Origin: Planctomycetota bacterium
Lineage (GTDB): Bacteria > Planctomycetota > UBA11346
Assembly (NCBI GenBank): GCA_028280785.1
Contig: JANQLF010000122.1
Coordinates: 23,627-87,626 of the forward strand
Reading direction: 5' to 3'
DNA length: 64,000 nt
In this document: piece by piece, positions 1-10,599 of the stretch
Layout: each line of letters begins with the position of its first letter
Numbering within the stretch: the first letter of the stretch is position 1
Position numbers and translations under genes: made by a program
The notes under the pieces: generated by a model
Database searches by the model: none
What the model saw: the letters and a program-made list of their open reading frames with translations, nothing else
What the model was told of the DNA's origin: nothing

Positions 1-20
1 TTGACAGTGGGAAATACGAT

Positions 21-572
21 ATGAATAAGCAATTAATTAAAACCAGTAAATTTCTCAGTTTGGTCTTGCGTCATAAACCAGAAGCAATCGGAATTACCTT
101 AGACAGGCAGGGCTGGGTACGCATTGATGTTTTGCTAAAGGCTATGCAAGAAAATGGCAGAGCCATCAAGCGATCAACACTGGAAGAGATTGTCGAGACT
201 AATGATAAGAAGCGTTTTGCTATAAGCACAGATGGCTTATCTATTCGGGCGAATCAAGGTCATTCGCTTGATGTAGAACTAGATTATGCCCCGAAAAAAC
301 CTCCTGCGCATTTGTATCATGGAACAGCAACGCGTTTTCTCGGATCTATTTTCAAAGAAGGATTAACTAAACAAAATAGACATCACGTGCATATGACTGA
401 AAACCGCGAGACGGCAAAGCAGGTTGGTAGCCGTTATGGCAAAGTAGTTTTACTACTGATCGATGCACAGCGTATGTTTGATGATGGGCATATATTCTAT
501 CTAGCTGAAAACAATGTGTGGTTATGTGATGCTGTGCCGAATCAGTATCTTAGCGAAGATAAAGGAGGGTGA
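21..572 (+). CDS. kptA: RNA 2'-phosphotransferase (Tpt1/KptA family)
   Basis: SKFLSLVLRHKP, KKRF, IRANQGHS, LYHGT and RHHVH motifs typical of Tpt1/KptA. Confidence 0.95.
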   Translation: MNKQLIKTSKFLSLVLRHKPEAIGITLDRQGWVRIDVLLKAMQENGRAIKRSTLEEIVETNDKKRFAISTDGLSIRANQGHSLDVELDYAPKKPPAHLYHGTATRFLGSIFKEGLTKQNRHHVHMTENRETAKQVGSRYGKVVLLLIDAQRMFDDGHIFYLAENNVWLCDAVPNQYLSEDKGG

Positions 573-576
573 AATT

Positions 577-1035
577 ATGGGCGTTTTAGTGCATGCACCT
601 CAGCTAATTCCTACTACTCATTTAAAATCCGTCTTTTTAGCGGGGACGATCGACAATGGGAGCAGCGTTGATTGGCAAGAAGAACTGAGCCAGCGTTTAA
701 GAGCGCATGATGTGCTCATCTTAAATCCGCGGCGAGAAGAATGGGATGCGAGCTGGGAACAGAGCATTGCTCATCAGCAATTTAAACAGCAGGTAGAGTG
801 GGAACTGGACGGTTTAGAATGTGCTGATTATATTTTTATGTATTTTCTTGGAAAAAGCCAATCGCCTATCACGCTTTTAGAATTAGGTCTTCATGCTCGT
901 TCTGAAAAAATAATTATTGTTTGTGAAAAAGGTTTCTGGCGACGCGGTAATATCGAAGTGCTTGCTGATCGTTATGATTTACTGTTGTTTGACAATTTCG
1001 AAGAAGGAGTGGCGCAGCTTATAACAAAGTTATAA
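577..1035 (+). CDS. Nucleoside 2-deoxyribosyltransferase-like protein
   Basis: VFLAGTID, ILNPRR, QVEWELDGL, SPITLLELG and GFWRRGN motifs; ATG at 577 follows GGAGG (the ORF track starts at 514). Confidence 0.85.
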   Translation: MGVLVHAPQLIPTTHLKSVFLAGTIDNGSSVDWQEELSQRLRAHDVLILNPRREEWDASWEQSIAHQQFKQQVEWELDGLECADYIFMYFLGKSQSPITLLELGLHARSEKIIIVCEKGFWRRGNIEVLADRYDLLLFDNFEEGVAQLITKL

Positions 1036-1080
1036 GCACTTTTATATTGATTCATAAATAAATGTGCCATATTGTGCGCC

Positions 1081-1509
1081 ATGATAATTTACAATCTGAA
1101 AGCCTTTGTTTCAGTTGGTATACCAGCTGCTGCTACATTCTTATACATGCAATATGTATTGGCAGAGCATTTCCCAGATGCTGAGTGGGGCATGGCTAGT
1201 GTCTTTTTTGTATTTGGTGGCTTGTGTTTTATTGTTGATTGGATGCTCAAAATTAACGGCAAGAAAGAAGATCAGATGGGGAGTGGTGGTACGGTCTTTT
1301 TTATACCAGTGTGGTTTTGGAGTCTGTTGGTAATCGGCCTAGGCGTTTTTATTTTAGTCAATCCACAAGAGTTTGAGCGGCAAAAAGAAAAGATCCCCGA
1401 TGCACCAACGGTTGAAGATCTGCCTGATATACCCAAGCCTGAACAGAAACCGGCCGAAAAAGAAAAACCAATAGGGCCTGTGACTTCAGACAAGAATAGG
1501 GATCTCTGA
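1081..1509 (+). CDS. Hypothetical membrane protein (about 3 TM segments, Pro/Lys/Glu-rich tail)
   Basis: Three hydrophobic stretches; ATG at 1081. Confidence 0.7.
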   Translation: MIIYNLKAFVSVGIPAAATFLYMQYVLAEHFPDAEWGMASVFFVFGGLCFIVDWMLKINGKKEDQMGSGGTVFFIPVWFWSLLVIGLGVFILVNPQEFERQKEKIPDAPTVEDLPDIPKPEQKPAEKEKPIGPVTSDKNRDL

Positions 1510-1583
1510 TTTTTTCAGCTCTCTATTTTTCTAACAGCTGTTTGGTATACGGTTTAACTTTATCGAGTGAATGAATAAATAAG

Positions 1584-2144
1584 ATGGCATCTTCATACGA
1601 AGAATACTCGGGTTCTATATTTGTAGTAAGAAATGCGATGAGCAGTGATCTCTGCGAAGAGCTTATTGCTATGAGTGAAGAACGTGGATATGGCGAGGCT
1701 CCGATAACCACGGCTAGAGGTCCTGTATTAAATAAGGACATGCGTAATAATAATCGAGTTATAGTCGATTCATTTGATCTGGCAGATCAATTATGGCCAT
1801 TAGTTGCTGACTATATTCCTGAAATGTGGCACATGCGTAAAAAAATTGGTTTGAATGAGCGCTTTCGTTTTTATCGCTATGATCCTGGCGAGCAATTTGA
1901 TTGGCATTATGATGGCTACTTTCGCCGAGATAATGACGAGAAATCTCAGTTCACTTGTATGTTTTATTTAAATGACAATTTTGAAGGTGGTACGACAGAT
2001 TTTGCCAATTGTAGTGTCGTTCCTGGCCGTGGTGATGCACTGCTCTTCTATCATCATCAATCACATCGTGGTGCCCCTGTACTCAGTGGTAGAAAGTACG
2101 TCATTCGAACCGATGTGATGTATAGTCCGGAAATAGCTGTCTAA
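1584..2144 (+). CDS. 2OG-Fe(II) oxygenase (prolyl-4-hydroxylase-like)
   Basis: NERFRFYRY, HxD (WHYDG), YLN..EGG.T, H (HRG) and KYVIRTDVMY. Confidence 0.9.
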   Translation: MASSYEEYSGSIFVVRNAMSSDLCEELIAMSEERGYGEAPITTARGPVLNKDMRNNNRVIVDSFDLADQLWPLVADYIPEMWHMRKKIGLNERFRFYRYDPGEQFDWHYDGYFRRDNDEKSQFTCMFYLNDNFEGGTTDFANCSVVPGRGDALLFYHHQSHRGAPVLSGRKYVIRTDVMYSPEIAV

Positions 2145-2186
2145 AGCGCTGTTTACTTTTTCTCGTCATTTTCACACTATTTCTCA

Positions 2187-4568
2187 ATGAAGCTAGTTGT
2201 CGTCGAGTCGCCGAATAAAGTTAAAAAGATTCGCTCGTTCTTGGGCAATGATTACAATGTTGGCGCCTCCTTTGGTCATATTCGTGACTTACCAGCTAAG
2301 GGTGATTTGGGGGTCGATTTCAAAGATGGGCACATCGCCCCGCATTATATGGTCACTAAGAAAGACATGGCTTCGCAGTTGCAGCGCTTGGCCAAAGGCG
2401 CTGATGAAATACTTATTGCAACTGACCCGGATCGCGAAGGTGAGGCGATTGGTTGGCATATCGTACAAATCTTGGGTGCTGATAAATTCACTTACAAGCG
2501 CGTGACCTTTAACCAAATTACTAAAAAAGCCGTGCTCGATGCTGTGGCGAATCCAGGCGAATTAAATATGGATTTAGTTAATGCCCAACAAGCTCGTCGC
2601 GTCTTTGACCGAGTTGTCGGTTGGGTGGTTTCACCAACACTGCGACGTGGTGTTGGTAAAAAAGAAGCGCGCAGTGCTGGGCGCGTACAATCAACGGCAT
2701 TGCGTTTAGTTGTAGAACGTGAATTAGCGATTCGTGATTTTGATAATAAAGATTATTTTGAACTGGACGCGCATTTACTTGGCAGCAAAGAACCAGCTTT
2801 TGTTGCGACCTTATTTGAGTGGCAGGGTAAAAAACTTGAGCATCGCCTTACGAGTAAAGAAGAGGCTGAAGCCTTAGTTGAGTCGTGTAAGCCTGGTCCC
2901 TGGTCAATAGAGTCGGTCGATAGAAAAAAATCCAATAAACATGCACCACCGCCGTTTACCACCTCAACAGCCCAGCAGGCAGCGAGTGTTAAATTAAAAC
3001 TTTCTCCTGATCAATGTATGAAGGCATTGCAGGCTTTATTTGAAGCTGGGCACATCACTTATCACCGGACTGACAGCGTATCGTTATCCCCTGAGGCTAT
3101 TAAGGCGGCGCGTGATATTATTCAGAAAAATTACGGTGATGCATATGTGCCAGCCAAAGCGAACCAGCACAAATCAAAAGTTGCCAATGCTCAGGAGGCA
3201 CACGAGGCTATTCGACCCACACATCCTGAACACGGTGCGCAAAATGATCAGGTCAAAGCACATCGCGATGTCTATGAATTAATCTGGCAACGTTATATCG
3301 CCTCGCAAATGGCTGCCGGTGTTGATGATGTTACGGTCTACACCGTTAAAACAGAGAGTAATGATCAGGTACGTTTCCGCACTCGTGGCAGTGTGTGTAT
3401 TTTTGATGGTTGGCGTAAAATCGGTGATGATAGCACCAGCGAAAAGAAAAACGCTAAAGACCAAGATGCCAAGCCGCTGCCAGAATTAGTGGCTGGTGAA
3501 ACATTACAGCTACAAGATCTTAAATTAAATAAAAAGACCACGAAACCACCGCCACGCTATACCCAAGCCTCATTAATTAAAGAAATGGAAAAACGTGGTA
3601 TCGGTCGGCCGTCAACCTATGCCAGCATTATGAAAACTATCATCGATCGCACCTATGTTTTTGAGCAAAAACGAAAACTGCATGCGAGCGATCTTGGTAT
3701 CGATGTTTGTCAGTGGCTTATTAATCATTACCAAGGTAACTTTATTGAAATTGAATATACCTCGGCAATGGAAGAGCGCCTTGATGCGATGAGTCGTGGT
3801 GAGCTTAATTGGGAATCAGCCATTACTGAAGAGTCAGAGCTTTTGGTTTCGATTTCACAGAAAGCAGGTCTGAGTTACAATCCTTTATCCGGTGAAAAAC
3901 CTCAGCCAGCAAAACCAGTGGAGGGTATGCATTGTCCGACTTGCAATGGACCAATGCGCGCAATTAAAAGTGCCCATGGTGAATTTTACGGTTGCATGGA
4001 TTATCCTAAATGCAAAGGAACGCGCCCGGGTAAGGAGCAGGCTGAAGCAGAAAAAAATGCACCAGCCTGTCCTTTGTGTGAAAGCCCAATGCGTTATCGC
4101 AAAAGTGCTCACGGTGCATTTTGGGGCTGCAGTCAGTATCCCAAGTGCAAGGGTCTGCGAAATGTAGACGGCGAAGATAAAAGCCCAAGCAATGATACGA
4201 AAAAATCCTCATCAAAAAAGAAAACGACTAAGCAAACTGTTAATAAAGATGTGCAGTGTCCGCAATGTCAAAAACCTATGCGCCTAGTGCCTGAAAAGGA
4301 AGGGAAGTATAAGGCTTTTTGGTCATGCACTGAATATCCGAAATGCAAAGGCACTCGCCAACACGAAGACGAAACAAAGACTAAAGCTAAGACTAAAACT
4401 AAGTCCAAGAATAATACACAGGCTAAAACAAAGCCTCAAACAAATAACAATGTTTCGCCAGCATGCCCAGAATGCGGTTCAGAAATGTATCGCGTGCCTG
4501 CGCAAAATGGTAAACCAGAACATTATACCTGTTGTCATGCACCAGATTGTTCTGGTACCATTACATAA
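2187..4568 (+). CDS. topA: Type IA DNA topoisomerase I with four C-terminal zinc ribbons
   Basis: TOPRIM VESPNK and ATDPDREGE, SAGRVQS, catalytic ITYHRTDS, GIGRPSTY; four CPxC..C..C ribbons. Confidence 0.95.
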   Translation: MKLVVVESPNKVKKIRSFLGNDYNVGASFGHIRDLPAKGDLGVDFKDGHIAPHYMVTKKDMASQLQRLAKGADEILIATDPDREGEAIGWHIVQILGADKFTYKRVTFNQITKKAVLDAVANPGELNMDLVNAQQARRVFDRVVGWVVSPTLRRGVGKKEARSAGRVQSTALRLVVERELAIRDFDNKDYFELDAHLLGSKEPAFVATLFEWQGKKLEHRLTSKEEAEALVESCKPGPWSIESVDRKKSNKHAPPPFTTSTAQQAASVKLKLSPDQCMKALQALFEAGHITYHRTDSVSLSPEAIKAARDIIQKNYGDAYVPAKANQHKSKVANAQEAHEAIRPTHPEHGAQNDQVKAHRDVYELIWQRYIASQMAAGVDDVTVYTVKTESNDQVRFRTRGSVCIFDGWRKIGDDSTSEKKNAKDQDAKPLPELVAGETLQLQDLKLNKKTTKPPPRYTQASLIKEMEKRGIGRPSTYASIMKTIIDRTYVFEQKRKLHASDLGIDVCQWLINHYQGNFIEIEYTSAMEERLDAMSRGELNWESAITEESELLVSISQKAGLSYNPLSGEKPQPAKPVEGMHCPTCNGPMRAIKSAHGEFYGCMDYPKCKGTRPGKEQAEAEKNAPACPLCESPMRYRKSAHGAFWGCSQYPKCKGLRNVDGEDKSPSNDTKKSSSKKKTTKQTVNKDVQCPQCQKPMRLVPEKEGKYKAFWSCTEYPKCKGTRQHEDETKTKAKTKTKSKNNTQAKTKPQTNNNVSPACPECGSEMYRVPAQNGKPEHYTCCHAPDCSGTIT

Positions 4569-4614
4569 ACCAAAAGATTAGTTTCTTACAGATTTTTTTA
4601 GATAATCTTTGGGA

Positions 4615-5988
4615 ATGAATAGAAAAAACGTCTTATTTATTGCAGTCGATGATTTACGTACCCAGCTTGGTTGCTATGGCATGGATTGGGTACATTCACC
4701 TCATATTGATGCCCTAGCTGCTGCTGGAACCGTATTTGAGCGTGCCTATTGTCAGCAGGCAATTTGTGGACCGTCGCGTGCGAGTGTCTTGTCTGGTTGT
4801 CGACCTGATACGAACGGTGTCCATGATTTGCAAACACAGTTACGTGAGGCGATGCCAGATGTACTGAGTCTGCCAGAGCATTTTAAAAACAATGGCTACG
4901 AAACTATTTCAATAGGCAAAATTTATCATCACAAGAATGACGATTTACAGGGTTGGTCAAAGGAACCGTTTCAATCCAAGGGTGATTGGCAGGGTCGTGG
5001 TTATTTAACTGATGAGGCGATCGAAACTATAGCGCAAGGGGATAAAGAGCGCGAACAACATGGCGATAAACGCCGCGGTTTAGGACCTGCATTTGAAGCA
5101 GCTGATGTTGCGGATGAAGATTATCACGATGGTAAAGATGCCTTGGCTGCCATTGAGGAATTAAATCGCTTAAAAACACTTGATAAACCATTTTTTCTTG
5201 GGTTAGGATTTCATAAACCACATTTGCCGTTTAATGCGCCCAAGCGTTATTGGGATATGTATAATGCTGAATCGCTACCATTAGCAAAGAATCCATTTTT
5301 CCCCAAAGGAATTACAGAATATTCATTAGCTGATTTTGGTGAGTTACGTGGTTATTTTGGTGTGCCGAAAGAGGGGCCGATTCCAGATGAATTTGCACGT
5401 CAATTAATACATGGTTACTGTGCCTGTGTGACCTATATGGACGCACAACTGGGTAAAGTTATTCAACATCTCAAAGATTTAAACCTCTATGATAATACGA
5501 TTATTGTATTATGGGGCGATCATGGTTGGAAATTAGGTGAGCATAATTCGTGGTGTAAGCATTCTAATTTTGAAATTGATACACAGGCGCCACTAATCGC
5601 CGTTGATCCATCGATCCAGCAAAATAGGACCGCGGCTTTAGTAGAGTTCATTGATATGTATCCGAGTTTGTGTGAGCTCTGTAATATTGAAATTCCTGAA
5701 CAATGTGAGGGCCAAAGTTTTGTGTCGCTTATGCATGATGGAGGAGCGCCTTGGCGTGATACCGCATTAAGTCAGTACCCACGCGGTGACGTTATGGGTT
5801 ATACGATGCGTACTGATCGTTACCGCTATACCGAATGGTTAAATAAATCGGACAATGCATTGCGTGCGAGGGAATTATATGATCACCAGGTCGATGATCA
5901 GGAAAACGAGAATATCGCAGAATCAGCAGATGAAGCCTTATTAGTTCAGCTTTCGGCGCAGTTGCATCAGGGTTGGAATATTACTTAA
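4615..5988 (+). CDS. Formylglycine-dependent sulfatase (iduronate-2-sulfatase-like)
   Basis: NVLFIAVDD, CGPSR signature, GKIYH, HKPHLPF, WGDHG. Confidence 0.92.
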   Translation: MNRKNVLFIAVDDLRTQLGCYGMDWVHSPHIDALAAAGTVFERAYCQQAICGPSRASVLSGCRPDTNGVHDLQTQLREAMPDVLSLPEHFKNNGYETISIGKIYHHKNDDLQGWSKEPFQSKGDWQGRGYLTDEAIETIAQGDKEREQHGDKRRGLGPAFEAADVADEDYHDGKDALAAIEELNRLKTLDKPFFLGLGFHKPHLPFNAPKRYWDMYNAESLPLAKNPFFPKGITEYSLADFGELRGYFGVPKEGPIPDEFARQLIHGYCACVTYMDAQLGKVIQHLKDLNLYDNTIIVLWGDHGWKLGEHNSWCKHSNFEIDTQAPLIAVDPSIQQNRTAALVEFIDMYPSLCELCNIEIPEQCEGQSFVSLMHDGGAPWRDTALSQYPRGDVMGYTMRTDRYRYTEWLNKSDNALRARELYDHQVDDQENENIAESADEALLVQLSAQLHQGWNIT

Positions 5989-5990
5989 GA

Positions 5991-8900
5991 TTATTTTTGT
6001 GATAATGTAGCGATGCGATATTTCACATAACGTGAAATAGTGGCGCTATGTGTTTTTTTGTAGGGAGGCAATACTAGAAATTCTTGGTAGAGTTCTAACG
6101 CATGTTGCGCACGACCACGGAGGTCATAGTTAACAGCTTGATAAAGCAAATAATCCTGATCGATTGTTGTCTGTGTTGGTTGCTTCATGAAATAATCTTT
6201 ATCTATACTGCCAGTGGCCAATTTACTACAATACCAAGGGCGTAAGCCTTGATACCATTTTCTGTTTTCCTGAAGTTCACGCATGGCCTTTTTAAATACA
6301 TCCTCATTACCGTTGAAGTGCTCAAGTATGGGATAGAGGAAAAAATATTCAAAATTCGGTTGCCTTGCACGTAGCATATAACCGGGTGTGTTATCAATAT
6401 ATTCACGCATATCTGCTAAGGAACTTTTGTCGCCCTGGATATAGCGTTTTAAAGCGAGTGACATGCGGGCGTCAAAACGATAATCCGGTGTAAATTCACG
6501 GTGATTCTCTTGGGCAATTAAAAACCCTTCTTCGTTTTCAAGGTAGAGTTGAACAAGTGTCCATAAAAGGTCACCTTCTTCAGACATATCTTCAATAGCT
6601 TTAAAGTTATTTTCCCCAAAGAGAATAATATTATCATACAAATCTGATTCTTTACCAAATAGTTTTTTGGCCTCTTCGATGCGACCAAGGTTTAGTAAGG
6701 TGCCAAATTTGTCTTCAGGTTTTTTTCCGTATTCATCAAGCCATTTGAGTAATGCTTCGTATTGGCCGGTGGCGCGAAGAGCGTTGGCATAATGACCGCT
6801 CTCTTCAGGAACTCGTTCCATTATTTCTTTATAACGGCCACATTCGCTCATCGCTCGGAGTACATAGGACTCATGTTTTGGAAACCATTCGATTGCCTTA
6901 TCGGCCCGTCCAAGAATAACTAAACTATCGTATATGTTTTTAACAAAAATATCGTTATCTGGAAAATACTTACTGCGCATGGCTAGTAGTTTATCGATCA
7001 TATCGAGATAGCCGTGATCATTAGCTTTCTTTAAAAATATAACCCATTGTAAAATAATACGTTCTCTGCTACTTTTTTTAGCAATTGCTTGCTCCATCTC
7101 TTTGATGATCTGGTATGGTTTGTCATGTCTTATTAAATACATCCATCGGTAATGATAAATATACACATCATAATAAGGATCATCAATACTATCCCATAAT
7201 TCAACGGCTTCGGCATGTTTACCCAGATGATAATTACAAAGACCTAATTTATAAAGGCTATAATTGGCTGTGTCGGTTCCGGCGTGAACGCGACTGATGC
7301 GTTCATAATGTTCAGCTGCTGTTTCAAATTGTTCATGCTGAAATAGTATATCGATAGTTTTGGTAATGTCGGTGATTTCAGGTAATTCTTTATTATAAAT
7401 TTTGATGTTGTCGAAGGCTTTATTGTCAAAATACGCATAGAGTCCTATATAACCACTGTCGATAGGTGTAATTAAATCATGCGAGTTCAAAAGGACGTCA
7501 TCAACGTAAAGACGCAGACGCTTACCGTCAATTTCTGCGCGAATTTTATATTTCTGACCGTTTTCGATGGTAAACTCAGAATAATTAAGGCGGCCGACGG
7601 GCCCATCAATCATGGTGCAGGTATTACTCAGGGCACCAAGTTGTAAATAATAGGCATTGGTGGGTGCTTGTGATTTTCCTTCTTGATTAAATTCCTTAAG
7701 GTCCGGTACATGGATAATTGACAAATCACCTGGCTTAGAGTCTGGCAGGCTTTCACCTTCAAATTCGATGGCAACGCTACCTTTAATTTTATGCTTATAG
7801 AGCCAAGTGAATTCTGGCCCTTTCTTGGCAATCAAACGACCATCTTCAATGGCAAAGGCATCGGAACGATCTTTGCGAAACAGCCAGTCGTCCTTCCAAT
7901 TTTTATCATCATTAAATGACGTTTCAAAGATTGGGTCACCCCATCCAGCAATTTGTCGCTGTTGATTTTTATAGACTCCATAGACAGCGGCAGCAATAAA
8001 GATCAAGAGTACCGCTACCCAGACAAAATGTTTTGATGATTTCTTGAGATGATAGCGGAAATACTCGCGCAGGCTGTATTGATAGGTATCAACCATGCCT
8101 CCACTTTGATATATTCTCAATTCACTGATGAGCGATTGAATATCTGGATAACGATCCTGTGGTTTTGCCGCCATACATTTTTTACAAATGGCGAGTAAGG
8201 GCTTAGGAATTGTTTTAGATTCTCCAAGATTCAATATACCTTTGCGTTTATGCTCCCAAAACATTTCCACGTTTTTACTGCTATATGGAAATTGACCGGA
8301 TAAGACATGATAAAAAGTAGTGCCTAAACAATAGATATCACTGCTTTTTGTTGCTTGTTCTTTACGCGCTTGTTCGGGGCTCATATACATTGGTGTGCCC
8401 GACATACTGCCACTTATATTTTTATCGTCACTGACATCGAGTGCGATGCCCCAGTCAACAAGATAGACTTCACCATAATCACCAACCATTACATTGTCTG
8501 GTTTAATGTCGCGATGAATAACGTTGCGCGAATGGGCATAGGCAACGGCGTCACAAACTTTTAGAAAAACGGAAAGAACCTTGGCTACATCATCTGCATT
8601 TTCGACTTCACCTTGTTTAATATATCGACTTAACGGTTTTCCGTTAATTTTTTTCATGATGTAATATATTTTATTATCTACTTGAATATCGAGGTTGTAG
8701 ACAGGAGGGATGTTGGGATGCTCGAGATAGCTGGTAATTAAAGCTTCGTGCATGAAGCGTTTAACAGTTTTGACCTTCGTTTCGTTATCTGTTGATAGGA
8801 ATTTAATAGCAACACTGCGACGCAGATTGTTGTCTTGGAGTTCATAAACAGCTCCGCTACCACCTGAACCAATCAGTTCTTTGATGTCAAAGCGTTCAGT

Positions 8901-9119
8901 ACAAGGGAACTCGTCCGTGCTATCGAGGACCAAAGTGCCATTGACCAAGATATCTTCGTAACGTGTCTCAGTGGTGGTAGTCTCGCCATCTTCAATGGTG
9001 TTGATGGCCATAACGTCAATGTTATTGCTAACAATCAGATCTGGTGTGTGCTCAGCAATAGTTTGCGCTAACTCGTTAAAGAGCTTCTCATCATCAGAAT
9101 CGTCAAGATCTTGCGTCAT
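5991..9119 (-). CDS. Membrane-anchored Hanks-type Ser/Thr kinase with external lectin-like and TPR-like regions
   Basis: GSGGSG, VAIK, HRDIKPDN, DWG, GTPMYMSPEQ; TM segment near aa 365-383; TPR-like helices. Confidence 0.9.
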   Translation of the reverse strand: MTQDLDDSDDEKLFNELAQTIAEHTPDLIVSNNIDVMAINTIEDGETTTTETRYEDILVNGTLVLDSTDEFPCTERFDIKELIGSGGSGAVYELQDNNLRRSVAIKFLSTDNETKVKTVKRFMHEALITSYLEHPNIPPVYNLDIQVDNKIYYIMKKINGKPLSRYIKQGEVENADDVAKVLSVFLKVCDAVAYAHSRNVIHRDIKPDNVMVGDYGEVYLVDWGIALDVSDDKNISGSMSGTPMYMSPEQARKEQATKSSDIYCLGTTFYHVLSGQFPYSSKNVEMFWEHKRKGILNLGESKTIPKPLLAICKKCMAAKPQDRYPDIQSLISELRIYQSGGMVDTYQYSLREYFRYHLKKSSKHFVWVAVLLIFIAAAVYGVYKNQQRQIAGWGDPIFETSFNDDKNWKDDWLFRKDRSDAFAIEDGRLIAKKGPEFTWLYKHKIKGSVAIEFEGESLPDSKPGDLSIIHVPDLKEFNQEGKSQAPTNAYYLQLGALSNTCTMIDGPVGRLNYSEFTIENGQKYKIRAEIDGKRLRLYVDDVLLNSHDLITPIDSGYIGLYAYFDNKAFDNIKIYNKELPEITDITKTIDILFQHEQFETAAEHYERISRVHAGTDTANYSLYKLGLCNYHLGKHAEAVELWDSIDDPYYDVYIYHYRWMYLIRHDKPYQIIKEMEQAIAKKSSRERIILQWVIFLKKANDHGYLDMIDKLLAMRSKYFPDNDIFVKNIYDSLVILGRADKAIEWFPKHESYVLRAMSECGRYKEIMERVPEESGHYANALRATGQYEALLKWLDEYGKKPEDKFGTLLNLGRIEEAKKLFGKESDLYDNIILFGENNFKAIEDMSEEGDLLWTLVQLYLENEEGFLIAQENHREFTPDYRFDARMSLALKRYIQGDKSSLADMREYIDNTPGYMLRARQPNFEYFFLYPILEHFNGNEDVFKKAMRELQENRKWYQGLRPWYCSKLATGSIDKDYFMKQPTQTTIDQDYLLYQAVNYDLRGRAQHALELYQEFLVLPPYKKTHSATISRYVKYRIATLSQK

Positions 9120-9235
9120 TTTGAATGATTATCTTATATTGCGCTGTCGTTAGGAAAGAGGACTACGGCTTATCCTAGTGTGCAAATGTGAGATGGCAAA
9201 TCGAGGTCAGTGTGGCGCTGTACTTAAATAGGTCG

Positions 9236-10231
9236 CTAATCGAGAACGCCGCGAGCGAGGTCGCTCTCATCGACAATTTCTTGACCGAGTAATTCCTCAA
9301 GCACATCTTCCATAGTGACGATACCGACGGTTTCGTTCTTATCGTTGCGGACGATAGCGATGTGTTCATGGGCGTTAACGAGCTCGTTATACAGTTCCAC
9401 CAATGTATTATCAGCCTGAACCGTAACGATCGGACGTTTAAATTGTTGCATGGTTTGCCGGCCATTTTTTCCAAGCAATGCGCCGAGCACTTCATCTTTT
9501 AAGACATAGCCAATAATATTATTGACTGTATCATTGTAGAGCGGGATACGTGAGACGTGCCAACTTTTTGATTGTGGTGTTAATTGATTAATTGGAGTGC
9601 TTACAGGAAGGGCAACTAAACGATCCATCGGTGTCATAACGTGTTGCGTTTGTAGATCTTCTTTTTCCATCAGGTTTTCTATAATACGACGTTCATGCTC
9701 GCGAATTAGACCATCACGATGGCCCATACTGGCAACGCGCGTTAAATCTGTTCGAGATAAAATACTTTCTTCTTCGTTACGGCGTAACATTTTTGTAATT
9801 AATTGACAAAACCATACAGCTGGGGCAAGTATAATGGTTAACCAAGTGGTAGTGGTCACAACCGGTTTGGCTAATTGACGCCAGTACACTGCACCGATGG
9901 TTTTAGGAATAATTTCTGAGCAGATTAAAATGAGAATGGTGGCGACAAAACTGACCAAGGTGAGGGCTTCTTCTCCCCAAATCTGTTGAGCAGCGGCCCC
10001 AACACCCGCGGCCCCAATGGTATGGGCAAAAGTGTTGAGGGTTAGGATAGCAGCTAGGGGCTTGTCGATGTCGCGTTTCAGTTTTTCTAACGCATTGGCA
10101 AAGCGACCGTCCTGAGAGGCAATGAAGCTGGGCGTTAAGCTGAGCAATACGGCTTCAAGAACTGAGCACAGGAAGGAAAAGAACAGGGCGATGGCAAGAA
10201 AGCTAAGGAGTAAGATCCAGGCGTGGTCCAT
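9236..10231 (-). CDS. CNNM/DUF21-CBS membrane protein (CorC/hemolysin-like)
   Basis: SFLCSVLEAVLLS, SEIIPKT, VMTP, SRIPLY, GIVTMEDVLEELLG. Confidence 0.92.
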   Translation of the reverse strand: MDHAWILLLSFLAIALFFSFLCSVLEAVLLSLTPSFIASQDGRFANALEKLKRDIDKPLAAILTLNTFAHTIGAAGVGAAAQQIWGEEALTLVSFVATILILICSEIIPKTIGAVYWRQLAKPVVTTTTWLTIILAPAVWFCQLITKMLRRNEEESILSRTDLTRVASMGHRDGLIREHERRIIENLMEKEDLQTQHVMTPMDRLVALPVSTPINQLTPQSKSWHVSRIPLYNDTVNNIIGYVLKDEVLGALLGKNGRQTMQQFKRPIVTVQADNTLVELYNELVNAHEHIAIVRNDKNETVGIVTMEDVLEELLGQEIVDESDLARGVLD

Positions 10232-10340
10232 GGGTGGGTATGATGGGGGCTTTGCGGTGGGGACAAGGATCTAAGTTTCAGCACATTTCTTGGTGAACAT
10301 TTATACTGAGGGTATAGGCTGATGGTAAGAGAGATATGCA

Positions 10341-10571
10341 GTGTTAGGTAAGATGGCGATCATTGGGTATATATTTGTAACAACCTTTATTGGCATAGCA
10401 GTTTTATGTATAGGCATTGAAGAAGAGAGCTCTTCAAGTATTGCTTGGGGTGTTGGACTAATTATTGGGGCACTTGCATTGTGGTTTATTATGGCATTAA
10501 AGCTACGAAACGACAATAAGCGTAGTTTATTGATTTGCCTTTTGCTTTCCTTGATACCGTGGGATATTTGA
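10341..10571 (+). CDS. Small hypothetical membrane protein
   Basis: Short ORF with 2-3 hydrophobic segments; start uncertain. Confidence 0.45.
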   Translation: MLGKMAIIGYIFVTTFIGIAVLCIGIEEESSSSIAWGVGLIIGALALWFIMALKLRNDNKRSLLICLLLSLIPWDI

Positions 10572-10599
10572 AAAATTAAATTGTAGTGCACGGTGGTGA

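Noticed and set aside
4375..4450. Short tandem-like repeats in topA (KTKAKTKTK)
   Set aside because: Low-complexity protein linker between zinc ribbons.
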